28,600 bases of DNA from a virus (IMGVR_UViG_3300027563_000033:1-28600), one strand, 5' to 3'. Counted from the stretch's first letter, positions 8,500 to 18,338 are shown. Made by a program: numbers and translations. The notes: generated by a model not told the origin, from the letters alone.

Positions 8500-8906
8500 T
8501 GTTTGAATATTATGTAAAGAAAGTAACAAAAGTCGTTGATGGAGATACCATTGATGTCGAAATTGATTTAGGTTTTGATATTTCTTTTAGTTCAAGAGTC
8601 AGACTGGCTGGTATTGATACACCTGAGTCTCGTACAGCAGACAAGGCTGAAAAGGCTTTAGGACTAGAAGCAAAGGCTTATTTGAAGCATGCTATTGACT
8701 CTGCTAAGAGTGTAGTTATTAAGACAGAAAAGATGGACTCTTCAGAAAAGTATGGTCGTATTCTTGGTTGGGTTTATCTTGATGGAGACACAGAATCCAT
8801 TAATGACAAGATGATTAATGATGGTCATGCTTGGGGATATATGGGAGAAACAAAGGTCAAAGACTTCGTAGCACTTGCAAAGGCTAGAAAGAAGTCTGGC
8901 AAGTGA
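8499..8906 (+). CDS. thermonuclease (SNase-like) family nuclease
   Basis: VVDGDTID, RLAGIDTPE and KYGRILG motifs; TAATG coupling. Confidence 0.9.
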   Translation: MFEYYVKKVTKVVDGDTIDVEIDLGFDISFSSRVRLAGIDTPESRTADKAEKALGLEAKAYLKHAIDSAKSVVIKTEKMDSSEKYGRILGWVYLDGDTESINDKMINDGHAWGYMGETKVKDFVALAKARKKSGK

Positions 8907-9529
8907 TCATAAAAAACATTTTAGAAAAAAATGTATACTATTATGAAAATGTTATACAGGATACAGCAAAGTTACTTGACGATATAGAAAAGATAGATCA
9001 TCTTTTAACACAAGAAACTGGTATTTCTAAGTGGTCTGATTGGACAGCATATCAGTCTACATATGCATTTGGAAAACAAAAGATGATTAGAGAACATCTT
9101 TTTGATAAAGATCATGAAGCGTATAGTCAGTGCAGAGATATTGAAAAGCAAATAACTGATGCAATACTATATGCATCAAAAGATTATGAGTCTCTTCATA
9201 CTGGACTAGATATTGGTATTCTCTGTCCAATGTCAATAAGCAAGTATTTTGTTGGAAGTCAGATGGGAAAACACACAGATACACATGATGACGATGAAGG
9301 AAAAACTATTTCGGTTGTTCTTTATCTAAATGATGATTATACTGGAGGAGAGATTGAGTTTGAGGACCAAGGTATTTTAGTAAAGCCAACTGCTGGAAGC
9401 ATCATAGTATTCCCGTCAAGGAAACCATACTTTCATGCTTCAAAGCCAGTACTATCAGGAGAAAAGTATATTGTTCCAGGGTTTTGGGAGAATAGAGTTA
9501 AATTTCAAACTGGATGGCAAAATGGATGA
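8903..9529 (+). CDS. 2OG-Fe(II) oxygenase (prolyl-4-hydroxylase-like)
   Basis: HTD...SVVLYLNDDYTGGEI.F...H...KY. Confidence 0.88.
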   Translation: MIIKNILEKNVYYYENVIQDTAKLLDDIEKIDHLLTQETGISKWSDWTAYQSTYAFGKQKMIREHLFDKDHEAYSQCRDIEKQITDAILYASKDYESLHTGLDIGILCPMSISKYFVGSQMGKHTDTHDDDEGKTISVVLYLNDDYTGGEIEFEDQGILVKPTAGSIIVFPSRKPYFHASKPVLSGEKYIVPGFWENRVKFQTGWQNG

Positions 9530-9851
9530 GTTTGATGAAATAGATAGACTTATTCTTAATGGTGGTATAGAGTTTGCAGGCAAAGATTCAGAAACTGGAG
9601 AACTTCTATACAGGCCTACAGATAGGCTAAAAGAAATTGATTCAAGACTTAGTGAGGACCTATCTGTTTACTTTTCAGATATAACCCTTATACTTTGGGA
9701 GAAAAAGTTTTTAGATATGGACATAACTGAAAAAGATCCTCTTGTAAGATTGGCTGAAAAATCTTTTGATCCTAATGCCATAAGGTCTTTAGAAAAAAAT
9801 GAAAGAGTAGTGATTGAACAAATAATCAAGGCTCTTTTTGATAAAAACTGA
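9522..9851 (+). CDS. hypothetical protein
   Basis: Start MDEFDEIDRL overlaps the end of the upstream gene. Confidence 0.7.
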   Translation: MDEFDEIDRLILNGGIEFAGKDSETGELLYRPTDRLKEIDSRLSEDLSVYFSDITLILWEKKFLDMDITEKDPLVRLAEKSFDPNAIRSLEKNERVVIEQIIKALFDKN

Positions 9852-9875
9852 TATACTAGTAAAATAGGAGCCTTA

Positions 9876-10289
9876 ATGAACAACTTTTATGGTGCTGTTG
9901 GTGCAACAGGTATCTTTTTGTTATTTTTTTATATATATATACTTAGGAATAAAGTAAGCAGAATAAAGCCTGAAATAATAAGTCAGTCTATGCTTCAATA
10001 TAGGTATAGCACTAGGAAAAAAAATCCAAGGCGTTTAAAGGCAAACTCGCAGTCAAAAATGCACCATGACAAAACAAATGTCAAGGTTATTATACTAGAT
10101 AATCAAGCATACTGGATTAAAAATAACATTTTTTATAAGGCTCCATTAGTAAATCAACTAATAGACAAAGATTCTGCAGAAGAAGTTGACACAATAAACA
10201 TGGATAAGGTACAATTAGACAAGATGCTTTTTATAATGGACAAACTAAGAGAAGGGATTAACGATGATAGTAGGGGTTCAAGGGACTAG
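9876..10289 (+). CDS. hypothetical protein with N-terminal TM helix
   Basis: AGGAG SD, TGATATACT upstream, hydrophobic N-terminus. Confidence 0.7.
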   Translation: MNNFYGAVGATGIFLLFFYIYILRNKVSRIKPEIISQSMLQYRYSTRKKNPRRLKANSQSKMHHDKTNVKVIILDNQAYWIKNNIFYKAPLVNQLIDKDSAEEVDTINMDKVQLDKMLFIMDKLREGINDDSRGSRD

Positions 10290-10614
10290 TAGTTTTGACA
10301 ACTACAACATCTTCTTAAGATCAATGGCTGTTGCCCTTTCTGAGTTACAAGAAGAAGACAAAGATTTTATTGTATATTCTGCTGGACCAAACAATATAAG
10401 TATGATGGCCATGGAATTTGTAAACTTATCTGAAAGAGGAATGAAGTCAAGAAAAAAGAATATAAAGTTTTTTAAGGTTACTCCTGAATGGATAGAAGAA
10501 AATATAAAAGATTTTAATCATTTTGCTTTTCTTTCTAATCCAAAGGAGCCTGTTTCAAAGACAGTATATTCATCAAAACTAAACAACATAAACACAAACG
10601 TATACACATTTTAA
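10264..10614 (+). CDS. hypothetical protein, possibly SLOG/YspA (DUF2493)-like
   Basis: N-terminal MIVGVQGTSSFDNY resembles the SLOG 'iiaGsR.F.dY' start; weak. Confidence 0.5.
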   Translation: MIVGVQGTSSFDNYNIFLRSMAVALSELQEEDKDFIVYSAGPNNISMMAMEFVNLSERGMKSRKKNIKFFKVTPEWIEENIKDFNHFAFLSNPKEPVSKTVYSSKLNNINTNVYTF

Positions 10615-10671
10615 ATATATTAAAATTAAGTATACCTAACCTGTGCTAATCACACAAAAGAACGGAACACA

Positions 10672-10884
10672 ATGAAAACAATTAATTCTTTGACTGAGAT
10701 GGAATCAGTCGTCAGCAAAAACAGACAACTGTCTTGGGACGGATGGACTGTAGTTGAAACTTTCCCATCAGATAAAGCATACTTTTCAAAGTTTGGAATA
10801 TATAAAAATGGTAAATGGCAAATGAGGAAAGAGTTTGTTCCTTCTAACAAAGGATGGGAAATCCCAGATAAGTATGTGAAATAA
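10672..10884 (+). CDS. hypothetical protein
   Basis: ORF in a co-directional gene string. Confidence 0.7.
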   Translation: MKTINSLTEMESVVSKNRQLSWDGWTVVETFPSDKAYFSKFGIYKNGKWQMRKEFVPSNKGWEIPDKYVK

Positions 10885-11166
10885 ATGAATAAGTATAAAT
10901 GGAAAGACAACGCAGTCTGCCTAGACTACGACACAAACTTATTTTTTGATAAGTATGAAGATGATGAGTTATTAAGACCAGCAATAGATGCACTATGCTC
11001 TTCATGCTCAGTAAGAAAAGAATGTTTCTCTGTTGGTATTTCTGGTAAAGAGTGGGGCATATGGGGTGGCGTATACTTAGAAAATGGAGAAGTATCTAAA
11101 GAGTTTTCTAGCCACAAGAGCAAGACTGACTGGGGTAAAACTTGGCAGTCTTTAACGATGGAGTAG
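10885..11166 (+). CDS. whiB: WhiB-family Fe-S transcription regulator
   Basis: W...AVC...LFF...CSSCSVRKEC...GIWGG (four Cys plus the G[IV]WGG turn). Confidence 0.9.
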   Translation: MNKYKWKDNAVCLDYDTNLFFDKYEDDELLRPAIDALCSSCSVRKECFSVGISGKEWGIWGGVYLENGEVSKEFSSHKSKTDWGKTWQSLTME

Positions 11167-11167
11167 T

Positions 11168-11407
11168 ATGTACACAGATTCAATGAGAAGAGCGTTTCGA
11201 TCACTAAATGCTCCTAAAAATTTTTCTTTACAGGTCATAGATAATGACAATTTCTTAACTGTAAAGGCCAGCGAAAAAGATTTTATGTCTTTGGAAACAG
11301 TAGAAATGAAAAGAGAGGCGATAGAATACATGATTCGTGTAAAGAAAGCACTAGAAGATAACGGTGCAATTGTTCTTTTGGTTAGAGAGGGTGGCAAAGA
11401 ACTATGA
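11168..11407 (+). CDS. hypothetical protein
   Basis: GGAG SD; tightly packed after whiB. Confidence 0.7.
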   Translation: MYTDSMRRAFRSLNAPKNFSLQVIDNDNFLTVKASEKDFMSLETVEMKREAIEYMIRVKKALEDNGAIVLLVREGGKEL

Positions 11408-11808
11408 TTGAGTCAGCATTAGTTGGAATATTTTCTTTCTTTTCCCTGCTGTTCTTATTTTTATATTTATCACAAATAAAAAAAAATCGTGCAATTCTTG
11501 CAAACACCTTAAGACTATTGGTGATGCAAGACTCTATAAATTCAGAAAGTAAAACAGATAAACAACAAGCAGATGAGGCATTCTTAAAATTTGTTTCAGA
11601 CTCTAGAGACTGGGCATACCAATACATAGATGATGTTCAAGAAGGATTAAACAAGTTTGTTACTGATATTGAGCCTGAGATAGCCTACTTTGATGAGTAT
11701 GGAATAGCAAGTTCTGCATACCCACATTACTATTCAATGAAGAAAATTTCTGGGGCTTATAAAGAACTAAAGAAACTTCTACCAGAAGACTATGATAGAA
11801 TAGATTAA
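11404..11808 (+). CDS. hypothetical protein with N-terminal TM helix
   Basis: ATGA overlap; hydrophobic N-terminus. Confidence 0.7.
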   Translation: MIESALVGIFSFFSLLFLFLYLSQIKKNRAILANTLRLLVMQDSINSESKTDKQQADEAFLKFVSDSRDWAYQYIDDVQEGLNKFVTDIEPEIAYFDEYGIASSAYPHYYSMKKISGAYKELKKLLPEDYDRID

Positions 11809-11863
11809 TGATCATTCTTAAAGGTAGAGGCCATTCTAACATGTTAGTTTGTGAAGAAAAGCC

Positions 11864-12613
11864 ATGAAGTTTTTTTGGTTTGAAAGATCTGACACGTTTG
11901 AACTTAAAAACTTGTCTGAAGATTTAGAAAAAAATGGATTTGATGGGGTTTTATTAATATACTCCTTCTATAGTGACGATCATTTTGTAAAAATTGCCAA
12001 CAGCATAGACGTTAATAAAAAAATAAAATATATAGTTGCAATTAGACCATATGCCATATCACCTCAATATCTGTGCATGATCAATAATTCATTTAAAAAA
12101 ATATCAAAAAACAGAATAATAATAAACATAGTTACTGGTTGGATATATGATCAAGATAAAACTGTTGGAGGGATACAAGGAGTAGTCAACGATCTTTCTT
12201 CTAACATAGAAAGATCAAACTATTTAATAGATTATGTCAAAAACTTAAATAGTGTTAGTGGTGGACCACCAGAATTTTATGTATCCGTAACTAACGAGAC
12301 TGTGTTTAATAGTGTTAGTAAAAATAATGTTATAGTCCCATACTCTTTATACAAACAAAATAGGTTTAATCTTGACAAAAACAAAACAATGATATCTATA
12401 TTCCCTATAATAAGAGAAACAGAAGAAGAACTGTTTGATTTAAAAAAGGTAAAAAGGCAGCAAGATGTTGAATACTTTACTAAAAAAGAATTTGAAAAAT
12501 TTTTGCATGATTTGGAGTCAGACGGTATATTTAATATATTGTTAGGAAACGATCATGACGAAGAATCCAAAAAAAATATAATAAGTTTTGTTAGTAGTAT
12601 AACTAACAAATAA
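11864..12613 (+). CDS. luciferase-like flavin monooxygenase (LLM-like, divergent paralog of 6647..7492)
   Basis: LEKNGFDGVLL, IKYIVAIRPYAISPQYL, RIIINIVTG. Confidence 0.7.
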   Translation: MKFFWFERSDTFELKNLSEDLEKNGFDGVLLIYSFYSDDHFVKIANSIDVNKKIKYIVAIRPYAISPQYLCMINNSFKKISKNRIIINIVTGWIYDQDKTVGGIQGVVNDLSSNIERSNYLIDYVKNLNSVSGGPPEFYVSVTNETVFNSVSKNNVIVPYSLYKQNRFNLDKNKTMISIFPIIRETEEELFDLKKVKRQQDVEYFTKKEFEKFLHDLESDGIFNILLGNDHDEESKKNIISFVSSITNK

Positions 12614-12636
12614 ACAAACATCCTATAGGAGGAAAA

Positions 12637-12921
12637 ATGAACACAACACAACTAAAGGCAATGCTTGCATCTTACGGACGATCAGTCCTTGGTGCTGCAA
12701 TTGCACTATACGCTTCAGGCGTAACAGATCCAAAGACACTTGCTTACTCATTGCTAGGAGCCATCGTGCCCGTTGCAATCAGAGCATTTAACCCTAACGA
12801 CAAGGCATTCGGCATGTTGCCAGATGTCAATGAAGTTGAGGTAGCACTCAAGACTGCCAAGGTAGTTAAGAGACCAGCAGCAAAGAAGGCTCCTGCAAAG
12901 AAGTCTGCAGCAAAGAAGTAA
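12637..12921 (+). CDS. small membrane protein, putative holin, with PAKK-rich basic tail
   Basis: AGGAGG SD; two hydrophobic segments, NPND motif, AAKKAPAKK tail. Confidence 0.6.
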   Translation: MNTTQLKAMLASYGRSVLGAAIALYASGVTDPKTLAYSLLGAIVPVAIRAFNPNDKAFGMLPDVNEVEVALKTAKVVKRPAAKKAPAKKSAAKK

Positions 12922-12933
12922 TATATTAGATTA

Positions 12934-12964
12934 GCAGGCCAGGGTATTTGACTGGCCTGTTTTT
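12934..12964 (+). terminator. Rho-independent terminator
   Basis: GCAGGCCAG/CTGGCCTGT stem followed by a T tract. Confidence 0.85.
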
Positions 12965-12967
12965 CTA

Positions 12968-13033
12968 TGCTATAATATTTATACCTGCCCATTAGGGGGG
13001 TATATTAACTTATTCGCTTGAAAGGGGAATAAT
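12968..13033 (+). promoter_or_regulatory. hsp20 promoter (TGcTATAAT) and ROSE-like RNA thermometer leader
   Basis: Two hairpins; the second (13010-13032) pairs TTATTCGCTT with the SD region GGGGAATAA. Confidence 0.65.
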
Positions 13034-13447
13034 ATGATGAAAGATCCATGGGCCATTTTCAATGACCCTTTTTTTATTGGGTTTAATAGAAACCTAACAC
13101 AGTTAAACAATGTATATAAAACAAACAATCAATCCTATCCTCCGTATGATCTTCTTAAACTAGATGAAGACACATATCAGATCTCGCTGGCTATTGCTGG
13201 TTTTTCAAAGGAAGATATTGATGTATCCGTAGATAATGGAACACTAATTATTAAGGGTGAGATTGTAGAAGTAACAGATGCAGAGGTAGTTCATAAAGGC
13301 ATCGCAGGAAGAAAGTTCGTAAGATCTTTTGCACTGGGAGAATATATGGAAGTCACGTCTGCAGAACTTAAGGATGGCATGCTGCATGTTCATGTAGTTC
13401 GCATTGTTCCTGAAGAAAAGAAGCCTAAATCTATTAAAATTAAGTAG
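13034..13447 (+). CDS. hsp20: small heat-shock protein Hsp20 (IbpA-like)
   Basis: SYPPYD, LAIAGF, HKGIAGRKF.RSF.L, A.LKDGML, PEEKKPK.I.I. Confidence 0.95.
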   Translation: MMKDPWAIFNDPFFIGFNRNLTQLNNVYKTNNQSYPPYDLLKLDEDTYQISLAIAGFSKEDIDVSVDNGTLIIKGEIVEVTDAEVVHKGIAGRKFVRSFALGEYMEVTSAELKDGMLHVHVVRIVPEEKKPKSIKIK

Positions 13448-13459
13448 TATAATAGATAA

Positions 13460-13574
13460 CATTCCGATATAAGACTTTAAAAGGTTTTACAACGGATGCT
13501 CCTATGAGTGGAGAGTTAGCAGGAGTCGAACCTTCGTGGCTAATAGACCTGAGCAGTCGTCTATAAACTGCTTA
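13460..13574 (+). ncRNA. candidate structured small RNA (~115 nt) ending in pseudoknot copy 3 (13543-13574)
   Basis: TATAAT at 13448-13453, three consecutive hairpins, then ATAGAC-CTGAGCAGTC-GTCTAT-AAAC-TGCTTA. Confidence 0.5.
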
Positions 13575-14151
13575 TTTTTGTACATGCAAAAAGTGTTATT
13601 GCATATCGTGTCCCGTTATAAATATCTTTGACACCATGAGCATACTCTTCAGTCCCTGGATGAATTACCATATCGCCAGACTTTGGCTTGTACTGTAAGT
13701 TTAGTTTTGGGTAATAGATCTCTCCACCATCGTAGTTATCATTTAGATATAAGACCAATCCATAATGAATTTTTGTTTCTATAACTTCAGGGCTGTCGTC
13801 AAAATGAACTGGCATACCCTTACCATCAGACCTTATTAAAGCATCAATGCTTGTTAAAAAAAGATTTTCTTTCGATATTTCTAACATTAACTCTTCTGCT
13901 CTTTGCATAAAATTGTTTTTATTTTTTAAATATTCTAATGCTGCAAGCCTTTTTGTATTTTCACTAAATAATTCTTCTATATTATTTTCTGATGGAAGTT
14001 GGATTAATTTATCATTAAAATACTCAGAAGAGATAAAATTTTTATAATTTACCTTATTGTTTAAATCAATACATTTAAAGATTGAATTAATTTCATTTTC
14101 AGAAAGGAAATTATTAACAATTATTATTTCATTATTAAAAGGTTTTATCAT
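13561..14151 (-). CDS. 2OG-Fe(II) oxygenase
   Basis: HFD...LYLNDNYDGGEIYY...HGV...RY. Confidence 0.88.
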   Translation of the reverse strand: MIKPFNNEIIIVNNFLSENEINSIFKCIDLNNKVNYKNFISSEYFNDKLIQLPSENNIEELFSENTKRLAALEYLKNKNNFMQRAEELMLEISKENLFLTSIDALIRSDGKGMPVHFDDSPEVIETKIHYGLVLYLNDNYDGGEIYYPKLNLQYKPKSGDMVIHPGTEEYAHGVKDIYNGTRYAITLFACTKISSL

Positions 14152-14157
14152 ATTTTT

Positions 14158-14733
14158 TTATCTAGTCCACCAAGAAATGCTGTATCTGTTTGTCTTTCTT
14201 ACCTCATGAACTCCATGCTCATATTCTTTATTTCCAGGATGCATGACTAGAGACAAAGCCTTTGGCTTTATAGATAAATCCTTTTGAGGATAAAAAATTT
14301 CTCCACCCTCATAGTCCTCATTTATATAAACAACAAAACCATGTGTAATAATTTTTTCTAATGGATTGTACTGCGGATGATTAGGACTAATCTCATCAGT
14401 ATGAACCCCAAGACCAGGACCAATTCTTCTAGACACTGAGTTTATTGGCAGATAATTAAACTCAGAAATGCCATACTCACTAGAAAATATAGGTTTTGAT
14501 CTTTCCTGAAGCATAGACATAAAATCATTGTATTCTTGATATTTTTCTTTAAGATTGTTTCTACCAATTCTTAATTGATTGCCATACCATTCCTTTAGCC
14601 CAGAGCCATCGTTAGACCCATCCCACAACTTTGGGTCTCTAGTTGCTAGTTCAAGTACAAAATCAGCCTCAGCCTGACTTAAAAAGTCTTCTACAACTAC
14701 TATTTCGTTATCAAATGGTCTAATTATATGCAT
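14158..14733 (-). CDS. 2OG-Fe(II) oxygenase
   Basis: HTD...VYINEDYEGGEIFY...HGV...RY; start set 6 nt after the TATAAT at 14740-14745. Confidence 0.88.
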   Translation of the reverse strand: MHIIRPFDNEIVVVEDFLSQAEADFVLELATRDPKLWDGSNDGSGLKEWYGNQLRIGRNNLKEKYQEYNDFMSMLQERSKPIFSSEYGISEFNYLPINSVSRRIGPGLGVHTDEISPNHPQYNPLEKIITHGFVVYINEDYEGGEIFYPQKDLSIKPKALSLVMHPGNKEYEHGVHEVRKTNRYSISWWTR

Positions 14734-14775
14734 ACGACCATTATACACCATATAACTCTGTGCTATAATTGTTAT

Positions 14776-15939
14776 ATGATTAAAGAAGGCGACTTCGTTA
14801 TGGGCTCAACATCTGAGGGTGTTGTACATGGTGTTGTAGAACACATTATGAATGAGGGTGGAATACTTGGTACACCTGGATCAGAATATGCTTTGGTTTC
14901 AATGCCACCAGAAAATCCAGCAATGTCTGTTAGAATTTACAAAGAAGAAGACGGTACATGGAAGCCAACAGCATATAGTATTGGTATGATGTACAAGGAT
15001 GCTGAAAAAGCAGATATGGATAATCACACAATGGATTCAGAAATAGCAATGGCAATGTATGACTCACAGATGGGCAAAGCAGAAAAACCCAACTACGCAG
15101 AAATAATTGATGAGCGTGAAGGTGGTAGCGATCCTGCAGATAAAGAGTTGTATGCAAGAGTTATTGCAGCAGCAAAAGCAAAGTTTGATGTTTATCCTTC
15201 AGCAGTCGCAAACGCATGGGTAGCACAAGAATATAAAAAGCGTGGCGGAACATACAAGTCTTATCATGAAGACGAAGAAGATAAACTTAAGAAAGAATAT
15301 GAGGGCTGTGGCTGTCCAATGTGCAAAGAACTAAATGTAACTTGTGCAGAATGCCCAATGTGTCAGGCTGGAGAAATGAAATCAGATTGCTGTGGCAATG
15401 TAAGCAAGCAAGCACCTTGTTGGGATGGTTATGTGCAAAGAGGTATGAAGCCAGGAGCAAATGGTAAGCCAGTTCCTAACTGTGTTCCTGCTGCAAAAGC
15501 AGATGATTTGTTTGAAGATGATGACACAGTTGAATATGATACAGATTCAGTATCAAAGGCTGAAGGATACTCACCACCAGCAGGAGCAAGATCTGCTGCT
15601 CGTAGAGCAATTAAATTTAAAGAAGATGGAAAAGCAAATGGTGCTGGAACATCTGTAGGTTGGACTCGTGCAGGGCAGTTAGCAAGAGGAGAATCAATCT
15701 CTCTTAGTACTGTCAAGAGAATGTACTCATACTTCTCACGACACGAAGTAGACAAGAAGGGTAAGGACTGGGGCAACTCAGCAAACCCATCTAACGGATA
15801 CATCATGTGGCTTGCATGGGGTGGAGACGCAGGATACTCATGGTCAAGAGGAATTGCTAACCGTGAAAGAGATAAAGGTTTGTTTGCTGATTTTGGAAAA
15901 GATTACACAAAGGTTCAAAGAGAAAGACACACACTCTAA
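14776..15939 (+). CDS. modular phage protein (DUF5872-like module, Cys-rich module, CWDGY...VPNCVP module, C-terminal W.AWGGDAG module)
   Basis: Short recognisable modules joined by acidic linkers; start 6 nt after TGcTATAAT (14761-14769). Confidence 0.7.
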   Translation: MIKEGDFVMGSTSEGVVHGVVEHIMNEGGILGTPGSEYALVSMPPENPAMSVRIYKEEDGTWKPTAYSIGMMYKDAEKADMDNHTMDSEIAMAMYDSQMGKAEKPNYAEIIDEREGGSDPADKELYARVIAAAKAKFDVYPSAVANAWVAQEYKKRGGTYKSYHEDEEDKLKKEYEGCGCPMCKELNVTCAECPMCQAGEMKSDCCGNVSKQAPCWDGYVQRGMKPGANGKPVPNCVPAAKADDLFEDDDTVEYDTDSVSKAEGYSPPAGARSAARRAIKFKEDGKANGAGTSVGWTRAGQLARGESISLSTVKRMYSYFSRHEVDKKGKDWGNSANPSNGYIMWLAWGGDAGYSWSRGIANRERDKGLFADFGKDYTKVQRERHTL

Positions 15940-16067
15940 TGCCAAAGAAAAAAGCAGCAGCATTTAACCCTATTCAGATTAAAGATGGTTGGATTGTAAG
16001 ACTATACAAAGATGGTCGTATTAAGTCTAAGATTGCACCATACGAAGTCAAGCATCCTAAAAAATAA
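15939..16067 (+). CDS. small basic protein (42 aa, MPKKKAAAFNPIQIKDGWIVRLYKDGR...)
   Basis: TAATG coupling; below the ORF-track cutoff. Confidence 0.65.
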   Translation: MPKKKAAAFNPIQIKDGWIVRLYKDGRIKSKIAPYEVKHPKK

Positions 16068-16070
16068 TAT

Positions 16071-16098
16071 TGGGTAGTTTTAAGTCATACCCAGGACT
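16071..16098 (-). ncRNA. H-type pseudoknot motif, copy 2
   Basis: AGTC-CTGGGTAT-GACT-TAAAAC-TACCCA on the - strand, just after the stop at 16104. Confidence 0.65.
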
Positions 16099-16103
16099 AT
16101 TTA

Positions 16104-16238
16104 TTACTTGCGCTTAGTAAAACTAAACATCTTTTCTTTTGCATTACTTGCTGCCTGCTTGAATCCATAAGCATAAGATCCAATCATCAATCCAACAATT
16201 GCTGTTGAATGTGCTAAATAAAACATTGCACTTCTCAT
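16104..16238 (-). CDS. small membrane peptide (44 aa)
   Basis: AAGGAG SD within the end of katG; one hydrophobic segment. Confidence 0.55.
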   Translation of the reverse strand: MRSAMFYLAHSTAIVGLMIGSYAYGFKQAASNAKEKMFSFTKRK

Positions 16239-18302
16239 TTACTTTTTCTCCTTAATAAATAGATCAGCATTCATTACCTTTGTCCATGCTGAAACAAAAT
16301 CATGAACAAACTTTTCCTTGGCATCATCTGATGCATATACTTCTGCAATTGCTCTAAGTTCTGAGTTAGAAGCAAGGATAAGATCTACACGAGGTACATC
16401 TCCTGCTTCGTTAGCATTGGTGTACGATAATAGTTTAACTAAATAACTATTGTCTAACTTGTTGTCAGTTAACATTCTCATTCCAGATAAAAGAACAACC
16501 ATGTCCACTGTTGTTAATCCAAGAAGGTTAGACTTTTCTACCAACAAGACCTCTGCAGGTGCAGTAATACTTGGATGAATGTAGTTACGGAATGCATCAA
16601 ACTTTGGCTCAAGTACTGCAAATGAATCAACATCTGTCTGCTCCTGAGTTGCATCGCCACGACTGAACTTAGCGCCAATTACTATACCAATACCACTATT
16701 TGCTGCAGCAACCTGAACTCCAACTAATCCAGCAAACACTATAAGGTCTGCAAGAGATACATCGAAGTCATTCTTTATTTCATTAAGAACAGAAACAACT
16801 CTGTTGATTGCCTCATGATCATTTACTTCCCATGTGTTCTGAGGAGCAAGTACAACACGAGCACCATTAGCACCACCACGCTTATCTGTTTTGCGGAATG
16901 TTGATGCAGAAGACCAAGCAGTTGTTACTAGATCAGAAGAAGATAAGCCAGATGAAATAATTCTTTCCTTAATTGCATCTACATCTTCTTGTGTTAAACT
17001 ATCTCTGGTTACATTGCCAACTGGATCTTGCCAAATTAATACTTCAGACGGAACTTCCTTACCAAGATATCTTGCGATAGGACCCATATCTCTGTGTGTT
17101 AACTTAAACCATGCACGAGCAAAGGCATCTGAGAAGTAATCAAAGTCTTCAAGGAATCTTCGAGAGATCTTCTCATACTCTGGATCAAACCTTAATGCAA
17201 GGTCTGCTGTTGTCATAACTGGAGCATGGAACTTGCCCTCAACATGTGCATCTGGAACTAAATTAGCAGCAGACTCATCTGTTGGAATCCATTGTGTTGC
17301 ACCAGCAGGAGACTTTGTTTGTGTCCAATCATACTTAAATAATAACTTAAGGTATGAGTTGTCCCACTTAGTAGGAGTTGCAGTCCATGCACCTTCAATA
17401 CCACTTGTAATTGTGTCTTCTGCATTACCCTTGCCAAATGAGTTCTTCCATCCAAGACCAAGGTCTTCAATAGTTGCTCCTTCTGGTGATGGACCAACAT
17501 GTGAAGGATCTCCAGCACCATGTGCCTTACCAAATGCGTGTCCACCAGCAATAAGTGCAACAGTCTCTTCATCATTCATCGCCATACGAGCAAAAGTTTC
17601 ACGAATATCTCGTGCAGAAAGTAGAGGATCTGGATTTCCATCTGGGCCTTCAGGGTTAACATAAATTAAACCCATCTGTACTGCAGCAAGTGGCTGCTCT
17701 AATTCACGATCACCTGTGTATCGTTCATTGGCAAGCCATTCCTTTTCTGCACCCCAGTACGTATCGTCTGACTCCCAAACATCTGCACGACCTCCACCAA
17801 AGCCAAATGTCTTAAAGCCCATGTTCTCAAGAGAAACATTGCCTGCAAGAATCATAAGGTCTGCCCATGAAATCCTCTTTCCATACTTCTGCTTGATAGG
17901 CCAAAGAAGTCTACGAGCCTTATCTAAGTTACCATTGTCTGGCCAAGAGTTTTGTGGAGCAAATCTGTGAAGACCTTCTCCAGCACCACCACGCCCATCA
18001 GTTGTTCTGTATGTTCCTGCAGAGTGCCAAGCCATGCGGATAAAGAACGGACCATAGTTACCGTAATCTGCAGGCCACCAATCTTGCGAGGTAGTTAAAA
18101 GTGCATTGATATCATACTTAATGGCATCAATATCTAAAGCATTAAACTCTTTAGCATAGTCAAAATCATCTCCCATAGGATCAGACTTTTCTGAATGCTT
18201 TCTTAATGATGATAGATCTAATTGATTAGGCCACCAGTCTTCATTTGTTGCAGCCTCTGTTGTGTATGTCTTGCCAGTATATGGACAAGTTACTTCGCTC
18301 AT
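16239..18302 (-). CDS. katG: catalase-peroxidase (C-terminal domain appears shortened)
   Basis: [16 protein letters not shown] (distal R/W/H), [25 protein letters not shown] (proximal His), [20 protein letters not shown]. Confidence 0.97.
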   Translation of the reverse strand: MSEVTCPYTGKTYTTEAATNEDWWPNQLDLSSLRKHSEKSDPMGDDFDYAKEFNALDIDAIKYDINALLTTSQDWWPADYGNYGPFFIRMAWHSAGTYRTTDGRGGAGEGLHRFAPQNSWPDNGNLDKARRLLWPIKQKYGKRISWADLMILAGNVSLENMGFKTFGFGGGRADVWESDDTYWGAEKEWLANERYTGDRELEQPLAAVQMGLIYVNPEGPDGNPDPLLSARDIRETFARMAMNDEETVALIAGGHAFGKAHGAGDPSHVGPSPEGATIEDLGLGWKNSFGKGNAEDTITSGIEGAWTATPTKWDNSYLKLLFKYDWTQTKSPAGATQWIPTDESAANLVPDAHVEGKFHAPVMTTADLALRFDPEYEKISRRFLEDFDYFSDAFARAWFKLTHRDMGPIARYLGKEVPSEVLIWQDPVGNVTRDSLTQEDVDAIKERIISSGLSSSDLVTTAWSSASTFRKTDKRGGANGARVVLAPQNTWEVNDHEAINRVVSVLNEIKNDFDVSLADLIVFAGLVGVQVAAANSGIGIVIGAKFSRGDATQEQTDVDSFAVLEPKFDAFRNYIHPSITAPAEVLLVEKSNLLGLTTVDMVVLLSGMRMLTDNKLDNSYLVKLLSYTNANEAGDVPRVDLILASNSELRAIAEVYASDDAKEKFVHDFVSAWTKVMNADLFIKEKK

Positions 18303-18338
18303 TAGTTTCTCTTTCTTTTGTGTTTATTATAAATTAAG

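Noticed and set aside
16891-17970. Several ORFs overlapping katG
   Set aside because: Antisense or alternate-frame shadows of a clearly conserved gene.
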